64,000 nt of DNA. Source: Meyerozyma guilliermondii (taxonomy: Eukaryota). Location of the stretch: NCBI GenBank assembly GCA_051546255.1, contig CP128817.1, positions 930,001-994,000 of the forward strand. Direction: 5' to 3'. The notes beneath the pieces are model-generated. The model was not told the origin of the DNA. It made no database searches and worked only from the letters and a program-made list of their open reading frames with translations. Below, piece after piece: positions 40,954-53,170 of this stretch (within the stretch, counting starts at the first letter, position 1; each line of letters starts with the position of its first letter). The position numbers were made by a program, and so were the translations under genes.

Positions 40954-43900
40954 TTATGTTCTCACACTAACTCCACTTCTCTCGGTGTATAACCTCGGCG
41001 AAATGTTCATTGCCATCAACTCTTGGAACAAAAGCTTGGCTGCATAAGGAATATGGATCTGGTAGATGTTAGTCTTGTTCTTACATGACCGACACTCGAA
41101 TTGGTTCTTCTTCAAGTTTGCAATCACACTCATCAATCCACACACCCCACAAACATGCACTCTAAACGCATCTGAGGCCTCCATCAATCTCTCCTTCAAA
41201 AATCCGGCTGCTCCATGGGCAATCATACAATCTCTTTCCATCTCTCCGAATCTCAAACCACCATCTCTAGACCGACCTTCCACTGGCTGTCTGGTCAATA
41301 CTTGAACTGGTCCTCTTGCTCTAGCATGAATCTTATCATCCACCATATGTCTCAATCTCTGATAATACGTTGGACCAAAGAAGACTTGTGCCATCAACTT
41401 CTTTCCTGTGTGTCCATGGTACATAACTTCGAATCCTCTGGATTGGTAGCCATGTTCACGCAAAAGTTTGGAAACCGCCTCGGCAGTGACATCAGTAAAC
41501 GGTGAAGCATCTCCCTCCAAACCAGACAACGAAGAAACCTTTGACAACAAACATTCGATTAAATGTGCAACTGTCATTCGAGATGGAATAGCATGGGGAT
41601 TAATAATAAGATCAGGGACGATACCTTGACTTGTGAAAGGCATATCTTCATGACGGTAAGTTACACCCACTGTACCCTTTTGTCCATGTCTAGATGCAAA
41701 CTTGTCACCAATCTGAGGCACCTTTGTGGTTCTCATTCTAACCTTGACAAACTTGGCTCCGTCACCATTGGTGGTTAACAACACTTGATCGACAATACCA
41801 GATTCAGTACTTCTTAAAGGTGTGGAGGCATCTCTCTTGGTATGGTATTGAGTTCTTTGACCCAATTCTTCAGTATCTGGAGGGATGGGAGTAGTCTTTC
41901 CAATTATAATATCTTCTCCGCTCACTCTGATACCTGGAGCAATTAATCCGTCGTCGTCCAACTTTTCATAAGTTCCGTGCTTCAACCTCAAAGTATCTGA
42001 CCTCAGTGGCTTTTCAAAAGTCTCAAGGGCCTTCATACCTTGTCTCTTTTCAAGATCCATGTAAGTTCTGAAGAACAAAGATCTGAACAATCCTCGGTCA
42101 ATCGAAGACTGGTTCATAATCATAGAATCTTCTTGGTTGTAACCAGAATAACATGCGATAGCAACAATAGCATTCTGACCGGCAGGCAATTCACGGAATT
42201 TCAAATGCTCCATAGCTCTTGTTGTGGCCAAAGGCTTCTGGGGGTAATATAAAATATTGGCCATGGTATCCATTCTCACGGAATAATTAGTCAAGAACAC
42301 ACCCATGGCTTGCTTACCCATAGCCGATTGATAGGTATTACGAGGGGATTGGTTATGGTCTGGGAAAGGAATAATGGATGCTGCAACTCCAAGAATCATA
42401 GAAGGATGAATTTCACAATGGGTGAATGTACTCGTCGTACTGCTGTTCGTTGGCTTGATACGCTTGGCGGGGTCAAGTTCTTGCTCTTCCAACTGCAATG
42501 ATTTTTGCTGAGTTGCAGTAAGAGAGCTCTTACTTGCCTCCAAATCTTCAGGGGTCATGGCAATCATAATAGTCTCTTCTTCTTCCGCATCCACGTATTC
42601 CACCACTCCATCGTTGACCAAAGAAGACCATCCATATGGACCTTCTTCTTCGCCAAACTCATTGGTGGCATATTCTTCGCTGTACTCGGCATTGAGTAAT
42701 TTGTGAATATGTTCTTTTTGCAACTTCAACTCACCTTTGGTTTCAGATTCGGGATCATCATCGACGATGAAAAGTGGTCTGTAAACACGACCGGCATCCG
42801 TGAAAATCTTAAATTCTTTTTCACGAATATCTCTGATAATAGAAACTTCTGGCGAAATATCACCTCTTCTTCTCAAGCTCCTCATAGTGTCTACCAAGTG
42901 TGCGGGTTCACGATGGGTTCCTACCCACACACCGTTCACAAACACACGAGTAGAGTCTGGGGAATTGGAAGGAACATAGTCCTCCAAAGGTTCCATACCC
43001 CATTCCTCAAGGAAATATAAGATTGGCTCGGAAGGTGTACCAACGGATATACAAGACATCAAGGACAAATTCTTGACCAATCCACACGCTTGACCTTCAG
43101 GAGTTTCAGCTGGGCAAACAAGACCCCAATGAGTATTATGAAGCTGTCTAGGCTTGGCAATCTTACCGTCACGACCAATAGGAGTATTGGTTCTACGCAA
43201 GTGCGATAACGTGGACGAATAAGTGTATCTGTTCAACACTTGAGACACACCCGCACGGGAACTCATCGCTTTCTTTTGTTCTCCCCAGTTACCAGTAGCC
43301 AAAGAGTACCTTAAACCATCGGTTATAGTTTGTGACTTGACTGCTAGAGTCAAATTAAATACCTTGTCGTTTTCAACACAACGCTGCATGTAATTGTAGA
43401 TATCTTTTGTGAGTTTCTTGAAAAGAATTCTGAACAAACTAGCCAACAATGGTCCAGCCAAGTCCAATCTCTTTTTACCAAAGTGATCTCTGTCATCGGG
43501 TTCCTTACGTTCCAACGCACAAAGAAGAAGTCTGTTTACCATGTATCCCAAAAAGAATGCCTTTCTAGTTTCAAATCCTTCATCTTGAGTAATATTGGGC
43601 AACAATTCTTTTTGCAAAATATCCTTTGCGTACTGAATACGTTTTTCCCTCTTGATACCCAAAGCACCTCTTCTTCCAATGAAATCGAGAGCGACTTCAC
43701 GTTCTTGAATCACGAAACCTTCCTCTACACAAGGCTTTAACATCTCCAACATCTGCCAGTCATTTGCATCGTAACAAATGTGCTCGAGAATGTCACCATC
43801 AGGCACAATACCCAATGCTCTGAATACTATCACTATGGGGATATCCTCCTTGATATATGGTAAAGTTGCCTTAATTGTACGGTTCGATGTGCTCTTTTCT

Positions 43901-44664
43901 TCACGGCCATAAAGCTTAATTTGCATCGACGAAATCAATCTGGAACCACGTTCGAGAGCCGAGCGGATTTCCGCAACGTGAGAAATAGGAGAAGGTGCCG
44001 CCTTCTTGAAAACCTGGACAATATTGGCTGCACTTCTCTCTTGAGCAATCAACACTTTTTCAGAACCATTGATGACAAAGTATCCACCCATATCATAGGG
44101 ACATTCCTTCAACTCGTAGAACTCATGCTCTCCCAAATCACGAAGCATACAAAATTTGGACCGCAACATTATGGGAACCTTACCCAAATACACTTTAGTC
44201 AGCGGTTCTTCGTCCTTGATTTCCTCTTCAATCCATTCAAGCTCATGTTCATTTCCAGCGTTGTCATCGGACTTCAACACTCGCTTCGTCATATCCACAT
44301 ACAATGGAGACGAATAAGTCAAGTTTCTTAACCTCGCCTCCTGAGGAAACATTGGATGAGTGGTACCATCGCCTTCGGTCTGGGTGGGTTTGGAGATGTA
44401 AATTTTGCCAAATGTGATTTCATAACGCCGGTTTTCGTGGTCCTCCTCCGATGTATGCTGCGCAGGCTGGTCCAAGATCAAACGGGAATCTTCCCACACC
44501 AATTCCTGAATTGTTGACTCGATGAATTCATCAAAAGAATCGAGTTGTTGGGAAACCAAACCTTTTTCCTGAAAAAACGAAGAGATCACAGTCCAACAGT
44601 CCTCTGGGGTGATGCTCAGCGAGTCGTCATCATACATATAAGGATCGCTGGCCTGATCGGACAT
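40954..44664 (-). CDS. RPB2: RNA polymerase II second-largest subunit
   Basis: [45 protein letters not shown]. Conserved start MSDQ at 44664. Confidence 0.98.
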   Translation of the reverse strand: MSDQASDPYMYDDDSLSITPEDCWTVISSFFQEKGLVSQQLDSFDEFIESTIQELVWEDSRLILDQPAQHTSEEDHENRRYEITFGKIYISKPTQTEGDGTTHPMFPQEARLRNLTYSSPLYVDMTKRVLKSDDNAGNEHELEWIEEEIKDEEPLTKVYLGKVPIMLRSKFCMLRDLGEHEFYELKECPYDMGGYFVINGSEKVLIAQERSAANIVQVFKKAAPSPISHVAEIRSALERGSRLISSMQIKLYGREEKSTSNRTIKATLPYIKEDIPIVIVFRALGIVPDGDILEHICYDANDWQMLEMLKPCVEEGFVIQEREVALDFIGRRGALGIKREKRIQYAKDILQKELLPNITQDEGFETRKAFFLGYMVNRLLLCALERKEPDDRDHFGKKRLDLAGPLLASLFRILFKKLTKDIYNYMQRCVENDKVFNLTLAVKSQTITDGLRYSLATGNWGEQKKAMSSRAGVSQVLNRYTYSSTLSHLRRTNTPIGRDGKIAKPRQLHNTHWGLVCPAETPEGQACGLVKNLSLMSCISVGTPSEPILYFLEEWGMEPLEDYVPSNSPDSTRVFVNGVWVGTHREPAHLVDTMRSLRRRGDISPEVSIIRDIREKEFKIFTDAGRVYRPLFIVDDDPESETKGELKLQKEHIHKLLNAEYSEEYATNEFGEEEGPYGWSSLVNDGVVEYVDAEEEETIMIAMTPEDLEASKSSLTATQQKSLQLEEQELDPAKRIKPTNSSTTSTFTHCEIHPSMILGVAASIIPFPDHNQSPRNTYQSAMGKQAMGVFLTNYSVRMDTMANILYYPQKPLATTRAMEHLKFRELPAGQNAIVAIACYSGYNQEDSMIMNQSSIDRGLFRSLFFRTYMDLEKRQGMKALETFEKPLRSDTLRLKHGTYEKLDDDGLIAPGIRVSGEDIIIGKTTPIPPDTEELGQRTQYHTKRDASTPLRSTESGIVDQVLLTTNGDGAKFVKVRMRTTKVPQIGDKFASRHGQKGTVGVTYRHEDMPFTSQGIVPDLIINPHAIPSRMTVAHLIECLLSKVSSLSGLEGDASPFTDVTAEAVSKLLREHGYQSRGFEVMYHGHTGKKLMAQVFFGPTYYQRLRHMVDDKIHARARGPVQVLTRQPVEGRSRDGGLRFGEMERDCMIAHGAAGFLKERLMEASDAFRVHVCGVCGLMSVIANLKKNQFECRSCKNKTNIYQIHIPYAAKLLFQELMAMNISPRLYTERSGVSVRT

Positions 44665-45090
44665 GATGGTGGAATAAATAATGTTGGTTGATGATGAAAA
44701 ATATGGCGGTGTCGGCACGACACGGACTGCAGATAAGCAAGAGGACAATATGGAGAAAAATGATGGAAGGAGTTTGTAGAGGTAGAGAGAGCTTAATGGA
44801 ACTTGTTTGTGTAGAGGGAACATACTCATTGGAGATGGTTATTTGAAGTTTGGACTGAAAATATGCTTTCGTCATAGAATAGTAAAATCACCCAAAACTC
44901 AGAATAGCTATAATATTTTGAGTTAGATGCCTCCAGCTGCCCCAGCTGCCTCTACGGCTTAAGAGTACACGCTAATACTATTAGACCTCTAAAAGGATTG
45001 AACGATCATAATTCTTGTTTAGCCATACTAGTCTCAGCCTTATGTGCACACCCAACGATATTCTCACGAAATTTTTCATTTCGATTCAAC

Positions 45091-45936
45091 ATGAAGTTCC
45101 TTTCCCTGCTTGTGTCTACGGCCTCTGCCACGGGTAGACGGTTTATACACCACAGAGAGAACTTCAGGCGGTACCCTAAAGTCAATATTAATGATGTAGA
45201 ACTCGAGAAACCTCGCTTTGGGTTCAGAAAAGTCAGAGAGCCGTTGATTTCACAGTCGGTGAAAGAAACCTTATTCCCCAATACCGAGATCAAGCGGCGA
45301 TACTTGAAGGCGGGAAAACCCGTTCCCATCAAGTACAGATACATCAATGATAAAATCGGGAGAAGAAACTACGAAAAGTATCAAGAAGAAGTGGCATTAG
45401 GACTTCCACATTTCCGAGTTGGTGAAAAGAAAATATATTTCCCCAAAGGCAGGATTTGTTTATTGAGACCCAACGCCAAGCATACACCGTACCAGGCCAA
45501 GTTCTTGGTCCCCCGAAACTTCAATAAGATGGATTTGAGAGATTATTTGTGGCATGTATATGGCTTAAGGGCACTCAATGTTACGGTCCAATTGCTCCAT
45601 GCCAAGTTCCAAAGAGGTCCTGACGATCATGCCAGGTACAGAGGACCCCAGTACAAGAAGATGACCATTGATATGGAAGAACCTTTTATATGGCCTGAAC
45701 TCCCACAGTCGGTCGTGGAAAATGCGAGCAAGACGTTCGATAACCAGCTCATGGCATTAGAACAAAAGACGGCCACTGGTTCCGACAAATTGAAGCCTTC
45801 CGATGCGTTTGATGGTCTCTACAACAAACCGGTTCTCGTAGATCAATTTATCCCTCGTCGGGCCAGAAAACCAGTGGAGGCTCGTGACGATGTAAATGCT
45901 GAAAAAGAGATGGTAATGCTGCACTTGGGGTTATGA
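45091..45936 (+). CDS. MRP20: Mitochondrial ribosomal protein uL23m
   Basis: LLRPNAKHTPYQAKFLVP, FNKMDLRDYL, KKMTIDM..PFIWP. Confidence 0.9.
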   Translation: MKFLSLLVSTASATGRRFIHHRENFRRYPKVNINDVELEKPRFGFRKVREPLISQSVKETLFPNTEIKRRYLKAGKPVPIKYRYINDKIGRRNYEKYQEEVALGLPHFRVGEKKIYFPKGRICLLRPNAKHTPYQAKFLVPRNFNKMDLRDYLWHVYGLRALNVTVQLLHAKFQRGPDDHARYRGPQYKKMTIDMEEPFIWPELPQSVVENASKTFDNQLMALEQKTATGSDKLKPSDAFDGLYNKPVLVDQFIPRRARKPVEARDDVNAEKEMVMLHLGL

Positions 45937-46001
45937 ACATGTAAATAGTCCAAAACATATAGTTTCATAGTGTTGTTAATCTCTTTATTCATACATAACA
46001 A

Positions 46002-46783
46002 TCACCAAAGCCAACCCTTCTTCTCGGGCTTTCTCTGAGTAACTCCATCAACCTCTGCCGGCAGAGGCTTGTCAACTACGTCATAATCGTCGTCATCGTC
46101 AGTCTTGGGCACTTCTTTGGCTTCCGGTTCAGCAGAGCTAGCTGCGTATGAACCTACCACTCGCTTGAACCATTGCTGGTTATCAGGACTTTCAACAAGA
46201 GACAATGCTTTCCGCAAGTATTGCATTATGATGTCAACTGGGGATTCGCCATTGAGCGGATCATGACTTACCAAGGGCAGCAAAAAGCGAGTGAACACCA
46301 TTCCTGCTCCTGAGCGACAAAATTGTTTCCATTCATCCTCTATATCCCAGGTCTTGGAAACGGTTGTTCCGGAAACCAATGGAAAAACAAGCCACAACGA
46401 TAGCCCAAAACGAATCACAGAATAGAATGGTAACACTGACGGAACATACAAGACGGTTTCCACCACACTTACACATCCTTGAACCGTCCAGTAAGCCGCC
46501 AATTTATGTAACGTCAACGAAAGAATTTGCATACTTTGTTCATCAGATATCGCAGGTGGGATCCTTGGCTTGTCTCCTAGCCCCAACAATGTCACGGGAA
46601 CCGAAAAACTGCCAAGATTGATGGTGGATCCTTTCACTCGATGAGATACTTTAAGAGATTCATCGATGGTTCGACCAGTTAAATAAGCCGGATATATGAC
46701 CGACACAAGTATGCTGGGTTAGGATAATGAAATAGAAGCAACTAGCAAAGGGAAACTTACTTTAACAAACTAAATAATCCCAT
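46002..46783 (-). CDS. ATG40: REEP/TB2-DP1-like ER membrane protein, probable ER-phagy receptor Atg40; exons 46783-46761 and 46713-46002, 47-nt intron 46760-46714
   Basis: Spliced MGLFSLLNILVSVIYP...; YW and PFY REEP-like motifs; C-terminal acidic DDDDDYDVV AIM. Lies between RPB2 and ISN1. Intron GTAAGT...TCCTAAC-CCAG. Confidence 0.68.
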
Positions 46784-47152
46784 TAGAACGTAACAAGTTG
46801 TAATCGGGATGCGATAAGATAATGATGGTGGTGGCAGCACGACCCGCGTGCACGATAGTGCAGCAGAGTGCAGGAAGAAGGTATGCTATAAAGTTGCAAA
46901 ATCACAATTTGAAATTATAAAATCAAGATTGAAATTATAAAATCAAATCTGTGAATAGTTATTGAGTTGCAGATGGGACTAGATAATGTTTTGTATTGAT
47001 TATTCAATGTTTTTGGTATATTGAAGATGAGCTAATGGGCCCGGTTATCAGATATGGAACAAAGTCATCTTTTTGGAAGTCAATTGACTTTCCGTGCATC
47101 CAAGAATCTGACATTTACTTGATACCTTACACTAGTTTCCACCAGTGACAAT

Positions 47153-48589
47153 CTAAGATAACTTTGTTATCTCATTTTCCGTAAATCCACCAATTAAATC
47201 ATCGAGAATCTCCACGGTTTCTCTTGGATTGGCTATCCACACTGTGCATGCACTGAGACGGGCTTTAAAGTCGTTAGCACCAAGACTGGCAAATTGGTCG
47301 CCAATGTGAAGCGATTCGCTTTTTTGGATCGGACATATTTTATGGTGTTTGACATCTTTACACAAGTAAACTTGAAGAGATTCCACTCCCAAACTCTTAT
47401 CGCCAATATCCACCCACACATCGGACCCACCGTTGAAAGCACAAACCTTGATCTCGTTTTCGGAATATCCTACGCTGGCAGCTGTGGTATTGGATTGAGA
47501 ACCAACCACACTCCGGCGGCGTGGCTCGTTGTAAAGTGTAGACAAGACTTCAGCTACACGATCAGAACAGCTGATAACTAACTCTTCCAAATGTTCACGG
47601 AGAATTTTTTCACCTGGATTCGGAATAATTCCCACCGACCTTTCCTTACGAATGATGGTGGTTTTGTCTTGAATATTGAATTTGAGTCGAAGGTGTTTCA
47701 TGTGGTGCTCGGTGCTAGCCATGATATGCTCGATTTTGTTAATGTCCCACTTGATCATATTGGGAAGTAGCCATTGATCGGAAGGCACTAAGCTAAGGTT
47801 CTTTTTCTCGTTGCTATACCGGAAAAGATAATTGGATTCTCCTCCCATAACCAACAAGTTTTCCCTCTGGTCCATCGTCAACGAATCATCCAAGGTAATT
47901 CGGTCAATCAAACCGGCTAATCTGGAGTAGTAGTGCTGGGCACCCAGTTCACCAGGATACCCAGCAGCTGTAACAACTCCTACAAAAAGTCCCAACGATA
48001 AGAGTTTTACAAGCCGGGAAACAACAGGAGCATCTTGCAAGAGTGATTGACCGTCCTCATACAACGTTACATCTCCATCAAATGTCACCAACTTTAATCG
48101 TGATTCGTCTTTTTGGTACAATTTAGTGAGCGCAAGTACCTGGGCACTATTAAGAATCATTCTCACATCATTGAACAGCGGACTAACCAATCGGCGCTGA
48201 GAGATCCTTCGTCTGTCATCTTCTATGTGAAAAGCTTCTACCAACGGCAATGGCGTGAAAAACTTGCCGAGACTGGGAACCAACTTGCGCAACCGACTTT
48301 CACTTCTATGCGGTAGATTCAACTTATCCACGGCAATAGTGTGGTCTATTAGCCTTTCCACGTCCTGAAATATCTCCAGGTACCTCTTGCGGCACTCCAA
48401 AGCGATTTTTCGATCTTGTTCTAGTTCTCTTTCAATATCGTGGTCCTCGTCTCCAGTAATAAATTCCCTGTAATTTTCAACATCTGAGTGCAAAACAAAC
48501 GGAACCGCCAAGAGCGCCTTGATCCATTCTATAAACTCATCTCTACGATGGGTCTTGAGCGCATACTCTACTCTGTACCGAGAAGTCAT
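47153..48589 (-). CDS. ISN1: IMP-specific 5'-nucleotidase
   Basis: MTSRYRVEYALKTHRRDEFIEWIK, LVTFDGDVTLYEDG, AFNGGSDVWVDIGDK, LHIGDQF. Confidence 0.95.
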   Translation of the reverse strand: MTSRYRVEYALKTHRRDEFIEWIKALLAVPFVLHSDVENYREFITGDEDHDIERELEQDRKIALECRKRYLEIFQDVERLIDHTIAVDKLNLPHRSESRLRKLVPSLGKFFTPLPLVEAFHIEDDRRRISQRRLVSPLFNDVRMILNSAQVLALTKLYQKDESRLKLVTFDGDVTLYEDGQSLLQDAPVVSRLVKLLSLGLFVGVVTAAGYPGELGAQHYYSRLAGLIDRITLDDSLTMDQRENLLVMGGESNYLFRYSNEKKNLSLVPSDQWLLPNMIKWDINKIEHIMASTEHHMKHLRLKFNIQDKTTIIRKERSVGIIPNPGEKILREHLEELVISCSDRVAEVLSTLYNEPRRRSVVGSQSNTTAASVGYSENEIKVCAFNGGSDVWVDIGDKSLGVESLQVYLCKDVKHHKICPIQKSESLHIGDQFASLGANDFKARLSACTVWIANPRETVEILDDLIGGFTENEITKLS

Positions 48590-48692
48590 ATTGCGGAGAG
48601 AAAGAGTCGATTCGCAACTATACCGAATTCCTGCATCGAGGGACCTCGTGGACCGGTGTATTATACCTAGTTCTATATTACATGTGTTTGAT

Positions 48693-49739
48693 TTAGAGTC
48701 CCTGCTGAGCTCTTCTTCTGTCTCTCTCCTCAGAAATAGAGAGTTTGATACCTTTACCCTTTGGCAACGAAACCCATGGTTTACCAGCCTCGGTACCGAT
48801 GACGAAAACGTTGGTCAATCTGGTGACGAAAGTGTTCTCCAAGGAGTCCTTAATGTGCACCAAGTCGAAACCTCCCTCGTGCTTTTCTCTGTGGGTGATA
48901 ACACCAACACGTCCCAAGTTACGACCACCGGTAACCATAACCAAAGCGCCAGTGTCAAACTTGATAAAGTCGGATATCTTACCGGATTCCAAGTCGATCT
49001 TGACGGTGTCGTTGGCTCTGATCAAAGGATCAGGGTATCTGATGGTTCTACCGTCGTGGGTAACAACGTATGGAATACCTCTCTTACCCAATTGAACCTT
49101 CTTGACCTTACCCAACTTGTAGGAAGCCTCTTCAGCGGTGATTCTATGGACAGCAAATCTACCCTTGACATCGTACACCAATCTGAAGTGCTCGTTGGTA
49201 GCCTCCAAGGTGATGACATCCATGAAACCAGCTGGGAAAGTGGAGTCGGTTCTAACCTTACCGTCAACCTTGACGTGCTCTTGCATCAAAATAGCCTTGA
49301 CTTCTCTACCGTTCAAAGCATACTTGAGTCTGTTTCTCAAGAAAACAACCAAAGGCAAAGATTCTCTCAACTTGTGAGGACCAGCAGATGGTCTTGGGGC
49401 ATAAGTACCGGACAATTTGTCCAACATCCAGTGGGATGGAGCTGCCAATCTCTTAAGGTGCTTCTTTCTAAAAGTTAGTTGTGTTCGACTACGGAGCTAC
49501 GGGAGGTTACATGGAGCATTGAAGATGAATTAGCGTGAGTTTTCAAGGGAAAATAGTCAATATTTTGGCAGCACTTCACCTCTAAAATCACATCATTCAT
49601 CTTCAATTATCGACAAGGCTCCCATCCAAGCTTAAAAAAGCTGGCGACCGTTAAACGCTTGGTAGCGAGTCGGTGTGTAACGTTTCCCGAGTTGGTACTC
49701 CGATGCTATTCGAAAATAGACTTACGGGCCTCTTGCCAT
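48693..49739 (-). CDS. RPS4: 40S ribosomal protein S4 (eS4); exons 49739-49726 and 49467-48693, 258-nt intron 49725-49468
   Basis: Spliced [22 protein letters not shown]. Intron GTAAGT...AACTAAC-TTTTAG. Confidence 0.97.
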
Positions 49740-49767
49740 TTTGATAATTGATGAAGAATTTTCGCGC

Positions 49768-49780
49768 TGAAAATTTTTTT
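49768..49780. promoter_or_regulatory. RRPE-like element (TGAAAATTTT) just upstream of RPS4
   Basis: tgaaaatttttttt about 30 nt before the RPS4 ATG. Confidence 0.5.
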
Positions 49781-50173
49781 CTTGAGGTGTCGGTAATCGT
49801 GGGAACGGCACAATTCAGAGCACGGCCGGGTAAATAGTGCGGAGATGTAAATCCGACCGGACTTGGTGGGGAACAAGATAGTGAATGTGAAAGAGTGGGG
49901 ATGACAAAGAGGAGATGATTTTCATATATTCTGCTAAATAAAGCGGGGACGAAAGACAATAATGTGCGCAATTTGTAAGCTCAATGGGTAAATTGGAGCG
50001 AAAAAGATACCCCATTGAGTAAGGTAATTGGTGGTTTCATACCGAAATGTGTTGGGAAATAATTTAGGGTCGGAAGACCTGGGCAGTCAACTCCGGTAGA
50101 CCAACAATTAGTAGAGCACCGGCCGGTGAAGCCAGTCCTGTAGATACCAAGGTTTCAGTAAAGTCTCATCTCC

Positions 50174-50944
50174 TTAGAAAACAGTGTCCTTTGGATCCTC
50201 ATACCTGTTGGTGTTAAGAGCGGATCCTCCAATTTCCTGTTCCACATTTTCTTGTCCCTTGATAGACAATCTCTCCGAGCGCGATCTTTGCGTTTCCTTT
50301 TCAACTTCGGCTCCCGTCATAACTTTGATCCAGTCAATGTATAACGAGTAAGGACCGTATTGCTTGTCCAATAAGCCAATTCCCACAGTTTTGATCTCGG
50401 ACTTGTTAATTTCACAGCCATCTTGAATAACTCCCCAATTAGTCATGACAAAATCGTTCAATGGGATCACCACTGTCTCCCATTCACCAGGGCGGTTAAG
50501 GAAAAGTCGGTGCTGGAAAAGATCGGTCACAAGCGGGGTATTAGCTTGAATGTTCACGAGGTATTTACGGCGGTCTCCACGGACACGAAGGACCAACGAA
50601 GAGTATTCCGACCAATCCCAGTAACTGTTTCCGGTGAGCCACGATTCTCTCTGATCCTTGGTGCGGAACATGGCGTAGCCGGAACGGGTGATTTCAGGGT
50701 TATTCTTGGGGAGATCAAGGTTGAGGTAGCCGTGGAAGTGCGCAGCTCTCATAGATTCGTCGTAGGTTAAATGAACGGTGGAATGGCCGCCCAACTCCTG
50801 ATCGCAACGAGTCATACAAGAGTCCATAGATTCAGCAGCATTGTTCTTGAAGTCAAGTACCGTCAGAATCGACTTGGTCATCTCTGCAGAGCGTGCAAAG
50901 AGACGTCCTACCGACGTGTTGAGTCCGAGTGTTCTTAAAGACAT
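50174..50944 (-). CDS. CIA30: Complex I assembly factor CIA30/NDUFAF1
   Basis: DQELGGHS, RSGYAMFRT, LRVRGDRRKY, DLFQHRLF. Confidence 0.88.
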   Translation of the reverse strand: MSLRTLGLNTSVGRLFARSAEMTKSILTVLDFKNNAAESMDSCMTRCDQELGGHSTVHLTYDESMRAAHFHGYLNLDLPKNNPEITRSGYAMFRTKDQRESWLTGNSYWDWSEYSSLVLRVRGDRRKYLVNIQANTPLVTDLFQHRLFLNRPGEWETVVIPLNDFVMTNWGVIQDGCEINKSEIKTVGIGLLDKQYGPYSLYIDWIKVMTGAEVEKETQRSRSERLSIKGQENVEQEIGGSALNTNRYEDPKDTVF

Positions 50945-51587
50945 GAATAGATAATTTAATTTTTGGTGTGGTTTTGAAATTTGCAGCGAAAACCTAGATT
51001 CTGTGCAGGCAGCTTATTGAGTGGGCCGTAGGTGGCAAATGGAAATCAGTGATGAGGAATCGTTATAAAATTGTAGGCCAGCCTTGACAATATAACAGAT
51101 CACAATGGAAGAAAAAAAAGCGAGGGGGCGGTGAATTTATACTACTGACTTTCTGCACCTGCAAGGTGGTAACACAAAACCGCGGCTGCACCGGAGTGCG
51201 AATCTTATCGCTCCCCTCTTCGCAAGAAAATGGTGCGGAAAACGGAGCTGATTAGGTCAGGGTCAAAGTTCGTCGGAGTCCATGAGAATATATGAGAATA
51301 ACCTATGTTCAATATGAAGTTAGTCAGAGCTTTTGACCACTTTGATATTCGTTCACATAGCAATCGTTCATATATGTCTTGCTCCCATCTTATTTCTTCT
51401 CCTCTCAATCTTATTCTCCCCGCCAAATGTTGCGGGGTCACTTTTAGGGGCTGATGCTCCACAGTGAAAAATGTCCTGCATTCTGGTTTCTTCCCTGCAG
51501 AATGTTTTTGCTCCGATTATAGTTGCAATTTCCCTGACGTAATCACAAGCCGTGCGTTTCAGTTGCTGCTAATTTTTCTTCTTTGTT

Positions 51588-53068
51588 ATGACAGGTCCAC
51601 CAGTTAGAGACATAGAAAACCAAAAACAGGACTACGAGAAACCTGTGCCTGACCAGCTGTTCGATCAATCATTCAAGGTAGAGAAACCTCGTTTCAATGA
51701 TTGGCCCTTTGCGTTATTTTTTTGGGCTGTAGTGGCTGGATTCATCGCTGTTGCTGGTATCACTTTAAATGCTTTAAAGAAAACTTATGGTTTACAAGGA
51801 AGTTCCATCTACAATTCGACAAATGACTTCACCCTCAACACAAATACAGTCATTTTGTTTGGTTTTGTGGTAGTTGTAGGTGTGGTATTGTCAGCATTGG
51901 TGATTGTGTTTGCTCGTATGGCACCAAGATTTTTTATTACTTCCGGCTTGATATTGAACATTATCTTGGGGTTGGGGACGTGTATTTTTTATTTTGTTAT
52001 GCACTATTACTCGGCGGCAATAGTGTTTTTGGTGTTCACATTGTTTCTGGCATTTTGTTACTGGAGAGCTAGAAGTAGAATTCCCTTTAGTGCCACGGTG
52101 TTGGAGATCACCATTGATGTTATGAAGCGGTACCCATCGACATTGATCACCTCACTTATTGGAATCCTTGTTTCCGGGTTGTTTTCCACCCTTCTGTGGT
52201 AATTGTTTCCACTTATGTCAAGTACGACCCTAATTCTCAGAACTCGGCTTGTAACGTCGGCGGTGGTTCATGTTCCCATTCAAAGCTCGTGGGAATCTTG
52301 GTGTTTGTCATTTTTGCTGGTTATTACATCTCTGAGGTGATCAGAAATGTCATCCATGTCACCATTGCTGGTGTCTATGGTACTTGGTACTACTTGGCCA
52401 ACTCAGACCAAGGAGAACCTCGTCACCCAGCATTGGGTGCATTCAAGAGAGCCATGACTTACTGTTTCGGGTCGATTTGTTTCGGGTCTTTGATTGTTTC
52501 TTTGATTCAATTGCTTAAGGCAGGTGTGCAAATACTCAAGAATGACGCTTTTGGCCAGGGCGATGTTTGCGCCGGTTGTGGGTTCTTAATTTTAGACTTC
52601 ATCATTGGCCTTTTGGAGTGGCTCGTACGCTACTTCAACCATTATGCCTACTGTTACGTTGCCTTGTACGGTAAGAACTACATTCGGTCCGCTAAAGACA
52701 CCTTTGATTTGATTCGGTTCAAGGGTATGGACGCCTTGATAAACGACTGTTTCATCAACACCTCATTGAATATCTGGTCTATGTTTGCAGGATATGTCTG
52801 TGCATTATTGTCCTACCTCTACTTGAGACTCACCAAGCCAGGCTACAACTCGGATGGTCAATATTATGCTCCTGTGATAGCTTTTGCTTTCTTGATTTCC
52901 GGTCAAATTACCCGTATTGCTCTTACCGTGATTGAGTCTGGGGTTTCTACATTTTTCGTGGCTTTGGCCAAAGACCCAGAAGTTTTCCAAATGACAAACA
53001 GAGACCGGTTCGACGAGGTGTTCCGCAATTACCCACAGGTGTTGCAGAAGATTATGTCCGACCACTAG
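51588..53068 (+). CDS. PNS1: Choline transporter-like (CTL/SLC44) protein Pns1, split by a frameshift near 52193-52200
   Basis: KPRFNDWPF and RIPFSA in the first ORF; FGSICFGSLI, NHYAYCYVALYGK, GMDALIND in the second, overlapping ORF. Confidence 0.85.
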
Positions 53069-53170
53069 AGCTTATTTATAGAGGATACTGGAAAGTATCC
53101 TTACTATGGGTGTGACGGGTGCACTAGATAACCGCACATTTCAACTTTCTAGATTAGTTGTTGTAATATC

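Noticed and set aside
44665..44829. In-frame upstream extension of RPB2, including a GTATGT donor-like hexamer
   Set aside because: Low-complexity, non-conserved sequence. No convincing branch point, so neither an extension nor a 5' UTR intron is supported.
46908..46950. Tandem TTGAAATTATAAAATCAA duplication
   Set aside because: Two copies of an AT-rich unit; ordinary slippage.
48519..49478. 319-aa plus-strand ORF
   Set aside because: Antisense shadow of highly codon-biased RPS4; no recognisable motifs.
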